This document shows, one piece after another, positions 1 to 23,533 of a DNA stretch of 64,000 nt. Origin of the DNA: Amoebidium appalachense (taxonomy: Eukaryota; Protista; Ichthyosporea); NCBI GenBank assembly GCA_963693365.1, contig CAVNZM010000002.1:15347615-15411614 (forward strand). Reading direction: 5' to 3'. Position 1 is the first letter of the stretch; each line of letters opens with the position of its first letter. Below the pieces are notes generated by a model that was given only the letters and a program-made list of their open reading frames with translations, was not told the DNA's origin and ran no database searches. A program made the translations under genes and the position numbers.

Positions 1-7
1 TCTGCAG

Positions 8-10350
<10,343 letters not shown>

Positions 10351-11033
10351 TTTTTATGTCCGCTTTCCTCAGATAGAGGGAAAGAGTGTGTTCGGGCGAA
10401 TGTCTACTTACGTATGATGATGGGCTATCTGTTATAGTTGGTCTGTTGTTTCGTTGTTCTCTGTGCGATTTGGAACTGCATGATTAGGATTTTCCCGGAA
10501 GAGTATTAATAGTATGTAGGGGGTTTGTTCCTCCACTGATGAAAGATCGCATTTCTATGATTGAGTTATTAAACGTGAACAAGTGGCATATATGCAAAAG
10601 AAAACATGAAGTTTCCCTGAGGCAGGGCATGGCATGTGGATACACTTCGGTTGTGGTGTGTGTGGATATGTCCAACATCTTTGACGCGCAGGAACTATAC
10701 AGTTGATCTTTTTGTAGAGCTTTTTTTTGATACTTTATCTCATAGAGCCTGCGAGTACAACCGCACGGCGCAACGGTTTTGCTTGCGGTCGTGTGTGTGT
10801 GTGTGTGTAGACGCACGCGGGTGCATGTGCACACGTGTGTAAAGGTTTGTACGCTTGGCAAATATGCAATGTGCGTGTGAGCCTGGCATGAAATGTACAT
10901 ATATGTGTATGTGCATGTGCAATATACGCAGTGGCTGCACTTATCAGGCGTCGTAATGTGTACGGTGAAGACGGAGTGGAGGTGGGGGGAGAGGGGGGGG
11001 GGGGGGGGGGGGGGGGGAGGGGGGGGGGGAGGT

Positions 11034-11067
<34 letters not shown>

Positions 11068-11237
11068 GGGGGGCATGCACCCGGAGGTTGATGCCATGCA
11101 CCCGTACGCCAGGTGTGTGTGCTTGATGCACTACCGGTACAAGTGAATAAAAAATTCGCCCAGTTTGTCTGCATGTCACTACTAACCGATATGTGCCATT
11201 GCAACCCCACAAAGTTACGTCAAACATGTAAAGGTGC

Positions 11238-11288
<51 letters not shown>

Positions 11289-11538
11289 TCACAGTGACAC
11301 AAACACAAACACAAACACATACACATGAACCCCATTTCTTAGTTAATAATTTACCCACATGCAAGAATATAGACAAGTTGCGCTCCTGTCGGGAGTGAAA
11401 CGGAACCGTGAATAATACCCTGCCCCCCCCCCCCCCCCCCCCCCCCTCCCCCCTCCCCCCTCCCCCCCCCCCCCCCCCCCCCTCCCTAGGGCCTGGGGTC
11501 CCCGCCGGATCCCCAGCCCTCAGTGAACCCCCTCCCCG

Positions 11539-11584
<46 letters not shown>

Positions 11585-12023
11585 CCCCCGGTCGCCCCTC
11601 CGCCGGGGGAGGGGACCCGGAGCACAATCACGTGGCACTGCACCGCCACACACATACGTGCATATACCCACACACACACACACACCGTGCACGCACACAC
11701 ACACACACCCCGTTTAATACACATACCGTACACACACACAGACGTTTACCGTGGCACCCAACTTAGAATATCTCATTTCGTTATCTAGGATCACCTGACT
11801 GGGTGGATATCCTGTCCGTGATATACATTTGCCAAACCTGCAGCAGCATGGACTCTCTGCTCAAGCAAAACGGGAAACGTCCGTATACGTATACGTCGGA
11901 TTCGCCAACACCTGTAGGGCAAGCATACCACCTTAACATGTTGCAACTGCCCGTTTCAACTTTGTTTTTGCATTGTAACTTGCCATCACAGAAGCTGTAA
12001 GCTTGTGATTCAAAAACTGCAAA

Positions 12024-12797
12024 ATGGCAGCAACGGAAGTTACGACTACACAACCCTCCCAATCACAACAGCACCCTTTAGCCAACGACGTCATTTCTCA
12101 GGCTAAAGAGACCACTGCAAAGCCCAACCCAACGCAAGATAATGCCTGTTGTTCCGCCCCACGTAGAGAAAAAAGCTCCCTCTCTTCGATGTTCTCCCTC
12201 ACGGCATCCATGTTGGCATCCAGCTGTTGCATCATCCAACTAGTACTTAACTCTCTGTCTCTTCCCTGTGCGGGCTTTGCAGTTCTTACACCACACCGCC
12301 CCATCTTTTTCCTTCTTACCCTTACATCTCTAGTATATGCTTTTTTCAATCGAAAAACGGACGCCACTTCGACACGCAGGTGGCTGTTAACAGTCGCTGT
12401 GTGTCTTCTTGTTACGTTTTCTCCGGAAATTGTCGACAGGTACAACACCAGTTCCCTTCCTTCCATACCAAATCATCAAGAAACTCAGCAACACACAAGG
12501 GATTCGCCTGTTGATGCTTTTCAAGTGTTAGAGATAAAGGTGCAAGGGTTGAAGTGTGTAGCTTGTGCCAACAGACTTAAACGGGCTGTATTGTCTGTCC
12601 CAGGCGTAAGAGATTGTGCAGTTACGTTCGAACCAGGTTTTGGGTTTTTGAATGTGCAAACACAAGAAAATGTCAAATGGAACACAGTGGTCGCTACGAT
12701 ACAGCAGTTGGATTGGACATACAAGGTGGAGATGGTGGGGACTGATGAGGTGTTGCCACAAAGACCAAAGGAGGGGAATATTAGAATTGAACTGTAG
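12024..12797 (+). CDS. MerT/MerC-like membrane domain fused to an HMA heavy-metal-binding domain, intronless
   Basis: 257-aa ORF in high-complexity sequence. It has ASSCCIIQLVL (paired Cys in TM1), three hydrophobic segments, and a C-terminal VQGLKCVACANRLKRAVLSVPGV (HMA GxxCxxC motif). Confidence 0.85.
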   Translation: MAATEVTTTQPSQSQQHPLANDVISQAKETTAKPNPTQDNACCSAPRREKSSLSSMFSLTASMLASSCCIIQLVLNSLSLPCAGFAVLTPHRPIFFLLTLTSLVYAFFNRKTDATSTRRWLLTVAVCLLVTFSPEIVDRYNTSSLPSIPNHQETQQHTRDSPVDAFQVLEIKVQGLKCVACANRLKRAVLSVPGVRDCAVTFEPGFGFLNVQTQENVKWNTVVATIQQLDWTYKVEMVGTDEVLPQRPKEGNIRIEL

Positions 12798-12957
12798 GGT
12801 ATCCTGGGTTTATATCCTTCTCGCATTTTCCGCACTTTAGGCGAATGAAATTTGATGTCAAAGATTTTATGGGCAGCTGGTGAATACTTGGTCGAGCTAG
12901 AGTCATTGGGGCAAAGGCATGTGAGTTCTAAAATGTCATCCACAAGAGGAGCGAGGC

Positions 12958-12997
<40 letters not shown>

Positions 12998-14294
12998 GAG
13001 CGTTCATATACAAGATCGACGAAGCATCATCGGGTGGGAGTTTGGGACATCTAACATCGAACAACAAAGCAGTGTGGAGATCTTTCGCAATCTTCCCCTT
13101 GAGCCCAAAGGTTGCTAACCGGAACACGTGTCTGCAAGGCCAAAAGAGAGCTTTTTTTTTTTTGGTTAGGTTTAGTGTATTTTGCTGATTCCTCACTTGC
13201 TACCCCTACACCTTCAGATAGGGAGACTGGGGGAGAGGGGAGGGGAGGGGGAAAGGGGGGGGGGGGGGGAGAAACCTGAGAAAGGAAATGAAAGGCCAAT
13301 AAGAGCAAGCGTCTCTCTGTATATGCACAAGTGTGAAGTAACCTTATAAAACAACACATCCCAACTTTCTATATTAGGGGAGTAGCGGAGAGGTAGGGGA
13401 GGGAGAGAGTTGGGTAAGTGGAGAAGGGAGGAAGAAAGTGAGTGAGAGAAAGAAGGGAATGAGACTCTGTGAGGATGAACGAAGGAGAAGGGGATGGAAA
13501 GAGAGCCGCTGAGGTGGTGGGCAGAGGGTGGGGTGGGGGTGGGTGGTGGCGGGGCGGGAGGAAGGGGGGCCGAGGCAGAGACGAGATATAATTTTTCGGT
13601 GCGAAGAGGCAATTACGTTTGTTCTTTTAAAACATTCGGCGATGTGCTAGGTCCGGGGTGTAAACAATTTACTGATTTTATGTGGTAGGCAGCAAATGAA
13701 CCAAATACCACTGGGGCCAGTGCACATTGGTGGTACCGGTGGTGGTGAACATGACACGCTTTTTTTTTTCTTTTCTTTTTTTCTTTTTTTTGGGGGGGGG
13801 GGGGGGGGGGGGGGGGCTGCCATATGGGGCCCAATGGGGGGCAAGCTGTACGGTTGTTAATTCAGCAGATGTAGCCAGCTTGCACGAGCCCGAAGACAAA
13901 CAAACAGCAGGTGGTGCAATTGGTGGTGCAATTGCTCACTCACGACTTGCAAACATTACATCCAGGCACATCCGGCTTTAATATCTGGTTTTATTAGAAG
14001 CAGGCCCCCACATTATGGCTGCGTGATAGAGCTTGTACCGTAACCAGTGGTATACATAGTGAAAAGTTTTTATAATCGGTGATAATCAATCAAATCGGGT
14101 CACAGACACCGACACCCAAGAAAGGACCCTTTCAGTGCTATGTAAGTGGCCATGACATCAGACACCCATGCTGGTCATGTGTGCGGTGTGCATTCATACA
14201 GAAGTGTGTGTGTGATACCATGTGCCGCGTGTAGAGGGTTAAATTGTTTGCGACTTTTACCGCTAACAGCTTGTGCTGCCTGTGCCCTAAAGAC

Positions 14295-14327
<33 letters not shown>

Positions 14328-14598
14328 AAGGCCTCATATATACTAACACTACTGTTAGTATAGCTGAGGCCCTGGTGTCACAGTGTGGGCAATAACTAGA
14401 AGTACATACTTTGCCAATCGGACGTCAAAACAAGTTCTATCCACCCCCAATTCTTCACCAAACCAGGAAGACTCGGCCCAAACACCAGAAAGGAAACAAT
14501 ATAATTATAAGCAGGTGCCGGTGTGGCCCGCTCTACCGCAGCAGTGTGCGATTGCGTAGTAGTAAAATCAGTAAGCAGCCCTGAGCAGAAAAAAGGTG

Positions 14599-15788
14599 CT
14601 AGAAGAAGAAGAAGTCACGCGGCCTAGGTTTCATTTTGAGTGCAAAAGTCGTTCCTTGCATCAGCTTTCCAGGGTGCACGTCCAGCTCGTAAAACCCGAT
14701 AGCAGGGATAGACGGGAGATAGTTCTCCGGCGGAATGATGTTTACCCGCCAGTGGTTGGGCGGCATGTTCACAAATTTGAATTTTCCCATCATATCTGTC
14801 TTGGTGGCCGTAACAGGCAGACCCAGTAAGTCGGTAAGAACGATAGTCACATTGTACATAGGTGTCTCCACTCCCATGAGCAGACCATCGCCTCGTGTGT
14901 CATTAAGTACCACCCCGGAAATTGCGCCAAAATCCATGTTCTGGAGTGTTTGGGCCGCACGGCGGGAAACCGCAACAGGTGGAACCACAGCACCTGTGGA
15001 GTAATGTGTTAGATTAGATGTGGCGGTACGTGGTTTGTTGCAAACTTTCCGTGAAAAATGACGCTACGAATATATGCACACATGTTAAGGAGTATGAACA
15101 AGGGATGTTGGGTATAAAGAAGCAAACGATACAACTTCGTAGAAACTAAATACAGAACCGTGCACCAGCACTAAGAATTTTCACCGAAGGGCAGAATTTG
15201 TTAAGCACACAAACACCCCCTTTTAACGAAAATACAGGCACCCACCGCAGCACTTCCAGAAAATTGTACGTTTAAGGCGTTCCTAACACTTAGAATTTAG
15301 TGGTTCTGCGCAATAGGATGTGTTGGTCGTGTGTGGGTGTGTAATGTGACGCAACCTGTCTATAGCCTGCCACGCTTTCGCGTCTACCAGAGGAGTGAGT
15401 CCGGACACAAGGCACGCATTCAGAAAGCTTGCCATATATTGAGTTTGTGCAGACTTTAGTATGTGCAAATTGGGCGTGCCTACGTGCTTATTCCTCAACA
15501 TAAACTTATGCCACCGCCCCCTGAAGCCCTGAGGATGCGACCAAGCAACTGGGGGGTGGTGTCTTGTCGACTGCAACGTCACGTGGTCAAGCCAAAGCAT
15601 TTTTCCTTTGCCAGGCTTAGACATTGCTTTTGGTCGTGTGCATGCGTTTTCGTATGTGTGCTCATTTTTACACTCACACGCGGACCGTGTATATTCGTGA
15701 ACTTTTGGTAAAGTTCCCTACCTGTTGTGAAAGGGACCAGGAGAGCCAGAAGGCAGCCCAGAAACACGGCGACTCCTACGTGCCTCAT
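14599..15788 (-). CDS. Small secreted protein with SdrD B-like (Cna-B/prealbumin-fold) domain; exons 15788-15722 and 14993-14599
   Basis: Signal peptide MRHVGVAVFLGCLLALLVPFTTG. The phase-1 donor (g|gtagg) joins a phase-1 acceptor (ccacag|gt). Domain text: GAISGVVLNDTRGDG...NVTIVLTD...TKTDMMGKFKFVNMPPNHWRV..PPENY. Confidence 0.7.
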
Positions 15789-16897
15789 GGTAACAGTGAT
15801 TAGAAGAGCATGTGTGAGAGTTTCTTCGTAAGATGCCTTGTGGGCTTGATGAATTAGTACAAAGAAGTTGAATGGTTAACAACTTGATAAAAGCAACCTA
15901 CAGACGGACTATCAACGGTGTGCAATAGGAACGTGGAAAGAGACGTCACTCCAAAACAATCAACCGACCGTCTCGACTGTCACAGGCTGCAGTGTGTTTT
16001 CGCTGAATATCCACCGCATATTTTCAATGACCTTGCAAGCGGGATGTAAGATTTAAAACACTTTATACAATTGGACCAATTGAACTTTAAAGCTGTTGTG
16101 TAATAATAGTTTAATCACAAGTCTAACCACAAATCATGAGCCGTACAGACCCCGTACATGCCTGCCCAAGCATACCATCGTTTTTCTGGTTTGAACACAA
16201 ACTTCAGCTTCATGCATGCACGTTTTTGGTAAAGTAAAAGCTCTTAATCAGGAACATAATAATCTATAAAGTCTGTAAAATCTATAAAAAAATTCTTTTT
16301 GTAGACATCTTATTATGAAATAGGCATGCACATAACACCAGTACAGACTCCAGAGTGAAGCCTTGATGGTTTTGGTTTTTGGTATAGCATGACCAATCAT
16401 CACCGACACTTGCACATTCCAAAAACATTCCTGTAATAAAAGCTGCTCAGGTGATTGAAGCACTAAGGAAGCACTTGGGTGACTTTTGGGAAAACTGAGA
16501 CAATCACTGCCGAAGTCCACCCTCCGAGGCCTACGCCTAAATACAGTAGCTCTTATTTTTCAAGCAGTCAAGGGGCCGTGAAAAGCAGTCGTCTCCTACT
16601 ATTCGCGTTGGGTATATTTAGATAGCACGTGACAATGATACTGTTGTTTACATGCCCATGATAGCTGTTTATGTACATTTCCACTGGCACTGCGCATGCT
16701 GCAGGCCGGGGCATTGCACATGTTGCACATGGCTGTGACCGACATGAAAGGAATACTACGCTCACTGAATGTATACGTAACTTCGTTCGTGTGCTACACC
16801 TGCGGTATGCTAACTCTTTGAATTGTCCGCAGGTGTAAATACGCAAAGGCGTGAACAACAATACAGGACCGTAGGAGGGGCCGGGGGGGGGAGGGCC

Positions 16898-16946
<49 letters not shown>

Positions 16947-17251
16947 TGTTTTTGTAGCTGAGTCAGGAAAATTTCCTCTTCTGACACTTTGTCTTCGAGG
17001 CTCCCACCTCCTCTATTGTATTTCTTGTTGTTCTTCTCTTTATTAATAATCTTGCCTAAACTTCTTGTCCATGTTCTTATAAAACTTTTAGTCTCTTCTT
17101 CTTGTTAGTAGATTGCTCCGCAGCCTCCAGGACCTGCAGGAAATCAGGCGCTTTCTCATTTCCGTTTTTCCAAAGTTTAGATTTGATATTCGCCGGTGAT
17201 TTTTAGAGTTTATACTGTAGCATGTATGGCGTGTGGGTTTGTCTGGTGCGC

Positions 17252-17359
<108 letters not shown>

Positions 17360-17507
17360 TTTTGCGCGTGTGTTTGTGTGTGTTTGTATGTGTGTACTGT
17401 ATTTTTGTGTGTGCGTGTGTGCGTGCGCGCACATGCAGTTTGTGTGTGACAAGTGACTGTGTATGTGGGTCGACGCGGGCATGTACGGTGTGTTCGTGCG
17501 TGTGTGC

Positions 17508-17539
<32 letters not shown>

Positions 17540-17586
17540 GGGTATGTATGTGCATGTATGCGCGTCACCGTGTGACAGTATGTGTC

Positions 17587-17622
<36 letters not shown>

Positions 17623-17978
17623 TTTTGTGCATGCACACACATGTGCATGTGACACTGAGTGTGTCACGCTGTGCGTGTCTGACTGCGCGCGCACGTGTCT
17701 GTGTGTGCGGGTGTGACACTGGAGTACAGTAACTGTTCGGTGTGTGTGCGTGGTGTGCGAGTGAGTGCTCGCACACGTGTGTGTGTGTGTGGGTGGGTGG
17801 GTGTGGATGTGTGTGGGTGTGTATGGTAAAGATGGATATGTGTTTGGAAGGGAGGGGAGGGGGGTGGGGTGGGGTGGGGTGGGAGGGGGGAAGCGAACGG
17901 GGGCAAGAGGGGAAGGCATTACAGAAAGGGAAAATGGGGTCGGCGTTTTTTTTTTTTTTTGGTGTGTGTGTTTTTTTT

Positions 17979-18033
<55 letters not shown>

Positions 18034-18556
18034 AAGGCCAAAAACTGAAGATTTGCTGACTTGGTATCACTGAGCCAAACCTTCTCTCCCCCCCCCCCCC
18101 CCCTCCCCCCCTCGCACGCACACACACACACACCCTCACTCCCTCACACACATGTGCCTAAATACATCGATGGTTTCGGTGTTGCAGCTGAGAACTCAAT
18201 CAATCAAAATTTTAGATATCGTACCGTATGCAATCAGTATGCATATCGGCTTCCACACTGCACTATGTAGCATAGGCACCATGTCAAGCATGTGTTCATG
18301 ATGGTGCGAGTCTATGTGGTGTTGAATATTGCTTGGAAGGGGAGAAGGGGGTGGAACTGTATGTTGTGTCGTTTCGGGTAGCTTCAATTGGTGGATTCAA
18401 CACCTTAACCTTGAGCTTTTCCGAACTCCCCCTAAACCTATCTCTTCAGCAATTGCCAAGGCATTCAGCCAGTTTTCTTAAGTACTCCGACGGATCAAAA
18501 AAAAAAACCTCCCAAGAGGCTTTTTTTTTCGATCATAGTGTGCACGTTCGTTTAGT

Positions 18557-18607
<51 letters not shown>

Positions 18608-18711
18608 TCTGTCACACACACAAGAAAAACAAACAGACACGATGTGATACCCTAAGACCCCCGCCCCCCTCCCCCCCACGTGCACACACACACAGGCACA
18701 CACGCAGAGAG

Positions 18712-18743
<32 letters not shown>

Positions 18744-18782
18744 ACACACACACACAGACACACACACACACACACATACACA

Positions 18783-18813
<31 letters not shown>

Positions 18814-18977
18814 TGACACACAAACAACCAAATACACATGATATTCACGAACACCAAAATTTTCGTCTATTGAATGGCACTGTAACTACTCAAAATCCTC
18901 TGTTTGTTCTGAAGTAATATAACCAACAGCTGCTGCATTTTTTTTTTCTTATATGCACAGGGAAGCCACAGCCCCCC

Positions 18978-19019
<42 letters not shown>

Positions 19020-19190
19020 AAAAAAAAAAAAAAAACAGGATTTATCTTTATCCTCCAGTGACCCCTGTAGGCCATATAACCAGACCGTCTGACTGTGTTT
19101 TGCCATATAGTTGAGTGTGCGCATGCACAGAAAAAGTAAATCTCGCTTGCTCCGTTTTCCGCAATTCTGTTTTGCAAGAATTCGACTTGT

Positions 19191-19223
<33 letters not shown>

Positions 19224-19420
19224 ATGTGCTGTGTTCATACTAACGATATGGATGTGAGCTGTGGTGATGTGTCGGCACTAAGGTCAACAGTACTTCCAGA
19301 CAACTTGCAAGATACAGTATGTAGGGGGTTTACGCACGAAGTATTGCTAACGGACATCGCCAGGGGCCCAGCCTCACTTGGCGGCCAACTGCGTTTTCCA
19401 GCGCAGCCAATCAAATGCAG

Positions 19421-19846
19421 CTAGTGACATATGTTCACGGTACGCAATATTACAACCCTAGTATAGATTATGGATACGCAGAGGCTAGCATTAGTAGCTC
19501 TGAGAGAAAGGTAAGACACAGACAGTATCACAATATCATACTGTGCGGCATTAATAAGGTGATCTAGAACGGTCATTTTAGAACGAATATGCTGAGGGAG
19601 AGAGGCAGAAAAGAGAATGAAGCCGCCCATAACCTCCGGTTCTACGATGTTATCTAGCAGGTTACACTTATTGATAGATATGCATCCGCGAGTAAACTGC
19701 CCCCCACATATATTACACATACGGGCAGGAGACATCAAAAAACGATTACAGCGCCAAGACATAATCATCTTTGCGTGTTTATACCACACAACATCATGAA
19801 TAAACGAATCTATGTAGGAACGAGAAGTTCTAACCGTATCCGCCAT
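19421..19846 (-). CDS. Cys-containing orphan ORF (141 aa), member of a dispersed repeat, probably TE-borne
   Basis: Its first ~60 codons are homologous to 60199-60390 (+). Confidence 0.4.
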   Translation of the reverse strand: MADTVRTSRSYIDSFIHDVVWYKHAKMIMSWRCNRFLMSPARMCNICGGQFTRGCISINKCNLLDNIVEPEVMGGFILFSASLPQHIRSKMTVLDHLINAAQYDIVILSVSYLSLRATNASLCVSIIYTRVVILRTVNICH

Positions 19847-20214
19847 TTAGGCTACTAGTAGTTGGTGTTTTTGCTGTCCTAACACAGGAAGGGACTCGAC
19901 ACGTAACGTAAAAAGGTATCTACCAGCCATAGACTTAATACAAACTATTCATATTCACACTATGATCCAGCCGCCCCTCCGGTGGTGTCGCCAGCCACTC
20001 CACATCTCTCTCGACAATGGGCAGAGACGAAGTGGATGGGAAGAGGTAGAGGGGCAAGTCCGGCGGGCGGGATGCGTGTAGCCGGAAGAGTAGGTGGGTC
20101 GGGGCGACTTTACAACATACAAATTATCATATGTGAAGATTTACAATTTACAAGATATACATCATTTGTGGAGAGACAACTGTTTTATAGGTTCTTCTTT
20201 CTTTTTAAAAAAAA

Positions 20215-20247
<33 letters not shown>

Positions 20248-20622
20248 ATTTTTATTTTGTGTTCTGTACATAGCCTGTGGTTTTACCCTGTTATAGCTAC
20301 CGAAAGTGTCTAAAAGCCTGTTGTAAAACCCTTCTTTTCCGCGGATCGCTGCCCGTGTTATGTACTTAGTATATCTCTGCTAAAAAAAATTAGGCCAATC
20401 AAAAAAATTCGCCAAAAGTTAACCTTTTATGGTTAAACAGGCACACTGCCTATTGGTGGATATTTTTTTCACACCCGACACTCGAGGAAAGTTGGAATTC
20501 AAGAAAAGTATTGTTAGGTTGGAACTTCCATGGGACACGTTGCTATGATGGAAAATGATGGAAAATTAAAACTGTTGCGAGTCCCCCCCCCCCCCCCCCC
20601 AAACGGTGTGTGTGTGCATGTG

Positions 20623-20684
<62 letters not shown>

Positions 20685-21162
20685 CATTCACTTCGAGGTA
20701 TGATTCTCAGTCCCTTCAATTCTTTTTGTCATCACCGATTCATGGATATGACACCAGGCGCCAGAAAACGATCAAAACTGTCCAAATTAAATAAAAACAA
20801 TTCCGATCAGACACAGCTGCATGAAAGTCTGCTGAAATATTGAAAAGGGAAACTTATATAAAAAACTGAAACAATGCCGCAATGCATATGATAAAACTGT
20901 AAGGTTTTCTAACCTCTCAGTAAATTCAGTATATTAGTTGATATATTCATTCTGCAGGGAAGATGCATGAAGGAAAATACAATGTACACCATCCGACTCG
21001 TTAGATTGTCCTTCAGTAAACTTGAATTCAATATACGTTCGAATTGTTATAAGAAACCCCGCGGCCATTTATCAGACATTCACATCATCAAACCAATCAT
21101 ACATGGGCCTACCAACTTGGGTCCAACTAAACGAATGTGAACCTTCATGCAGATTTAAATGC

Positions 21163-21193
<31 letters not shown>

Positions 21194-21208
21194 CAAAAAA
21201 AAACACAC

Positions 21209-21264
<56 letters not shown>

Positions 21265-21447
21265 AGACACAGACACAGACACAGACACAGACACAGAAAC
21301 GTACACCTTTCTGGGTTCCTATGTGAATCTGGGTGTGCGTAGGGTGTGTAATCCAGTGTAAGCATGAATAAACATTGCAAGGGCCTGCGTAACATGGGCA
21401 TGTCTGTGTGCGTGCATGTGTGCGAGTGTGCTAGTATGGTTTGTGTC

Positions 21448-21491
<44 letters not shown>

Positions 21492-21577
21492 ATGCATCTG
21501 TAAATTATTTATGCACAAACGGGCAATCAGAATCACGGTGATCATTCCATCCCCCCCCCCCCCCTCCCCCCCCCCCC

Positions 21578-21609
<32 letters not shown>

Positions 21610-21665
21610 GAAACAAACGAAGGAGAAGAAAGAAAGAACGAAAGGGAAAAGTGGAAAAAAAAAAA

Positions 21666-21700
<35 letters not shown>

Positions 21701-21773
21701 AGGAAAAATGGGGGAAAAAAAAAAAAAAAAAAAAAAAAAGGAAAAAAAAAAGGAAAAAAAAACCGCTGAGAGT

Positions 21774-22645
21774 CTATCTGCTTGCCGGGCTTGATGCCGT
21801 TCCTGACCCCGATGCCGAGTCACCCACCGGCACAGCTTCAATACTGACCCCCCCGCTGCTATCATCCACAATAGTAATTTTTGCCGTATTTTCATTCTTT
21901 GGTACGATAGAAACCTCCGCCCATCGGGAGGGGGGTTCGTTTACCAATCCTTCGTTTCTGTTCCAAACGACCAACCGCGAGGGCCCGCTATTTCTGCGCA
22001 TGTGCGGGAACGAAAAAACGACCCAGAAGTAAAGCGCGCAATATGATTGGACAATCAGAAACACGTGATAGAGTACGAGAATTCCGTTGGGAACTGGCAG
22101 GAACTCATCCTCTGTTGAGAAAATCCGCCCGTCGTCCAAAACGGAAAGTATGCACTGGGCAGAAAGAATTCCATAGAAAATGTTGGTGCCATGGTAGATT
22201 TGGCGATTTCCGGGAACTAGAAACTGCTGGATTCTTCCCCTAAACGAGATAGACATTGCAAAGCCAAGCAGGCATAACAAGGCGTTGTAGAAATCCCATA
22301 CGTTGGTCAAAAAGACCTCGTTGGATTCTTCGATGGTGATTAATGTGTCGGGTGGAATCTCCTCTGGAAACACAGTGAATCTTGTGACAGACATGACCAG
22401 AAACGGGCAGTAGAGAACAGACAAGCACGTGAGAAGAATTCGAACGGTGCTTTTCGGTAAGTTGATTACACCTTCGGGGTTAGAGGCTCGACCTAGGATG
22501 TTTGGGAATCCCAGCACACAATAGTATCGCGTAATCCAGAAGGCCGTAACCGGTACATGTCGAAGCGGCATTGATAGCAAGTTGAAAACAGTACACGTGC
22601 CCGTCCATACCTGTGTGGAGGTGCATGCAAGCGTTTGTTCATGTG

Positions 22646-22686
<41 letters not shown>

Positions 22687-23533
22687 TGAATGGGTGAGAA
22701 CAAATACATGAGCGTGTGTTCGTGCCAAGTTGCCAACACCAGGCCATGTGCACGTACGCGAGTAAAAGGGTAGAGACAGGCATACTCGAGAGCACACGTT
22801 TGAGCTTCAACTTGTGAGTATGCGTGAGGGTGTGTACTGGATATTCATAGAACTGTCATACCTGACCTGACCTGTATTATAATTACAGAGTTTCAAATTA
22901 CCACGAAAAATGGTGGGAGTGGAAGAGGAAGGGAGGGAGGGAGAAGAGGGGGGAGGGCGGAAGGGGGGGGGGGGGGGGGGGGGGGAGGGTTGGGAGAGTG
23001 TAAGTGTGTGTTTGTTGGTGTGTGCTGTGCATGCGGGTGTATGCGTGTATGCGTGTGAGTCTATGTGTGTTGTGTTGCATTGATTTTGCCGTGTGTTTTC
23101 CCTTCCGTACTGATTTTATTGCTTTCTTGTGCTTCTTTGTATTTTTTCTGAAAAGCGACAATTCGCGCTCAAGTGGAGTTTTTTTTTTTTTTTGGAAGGG
23201 GGGGGGGAGGGGAGGGGGGGGGGGCATTGCTGGATGGGAGAACAGTACCTCTGCGGCCGTTTCGGAGAAAAACAGAAGGGGTTCATCCATGTTGCCATAG
23301 CTGAAGTGCAGCAGACCACACGTTAAGGGTGCAAGAGCCAAGGCACACCCAACAACACGACGCTCAAGCCTCCCCACCCCAGCCTCTCCTGCCCCTGTAT
23401 TCCTTGTTCCTGTCATGGGATGAAGCCGTGTGAAGCGCACCGCAAGACAGGCAAAAAATACAAGGAACATGACCCCGTGTGTGTAACTGATGATTGAAAG
23501 AACCTTCAGCAGTTCAGGGGTCCGTGATCCCAT
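21774..23533 (-). CDS. Multi-pass (about 7 TM, GPCR/THH1-like) membrane protein, paralog A; exons 23533-23249 and 22610-21774
   Basis: Hydrophobic segments, a GT-AG phase-0 intron, and clear protein similarity to 24577-26529 (YTHG/YVHG, HFSYG/HLSYG, LRHVPVTAFWITRY/LRHIPFTALWLSRY, QSYCALY). The start codon is uncertain. Confidence 0.75.

Noticed and set aside
15283-15624. Possible middle exon or separate ORF in the SdrD-B-like gene
   Set aside because: No phase-compatible path to the last exon was found. Direct splicing of exon 1 to exon 2 gives a coherent protein.
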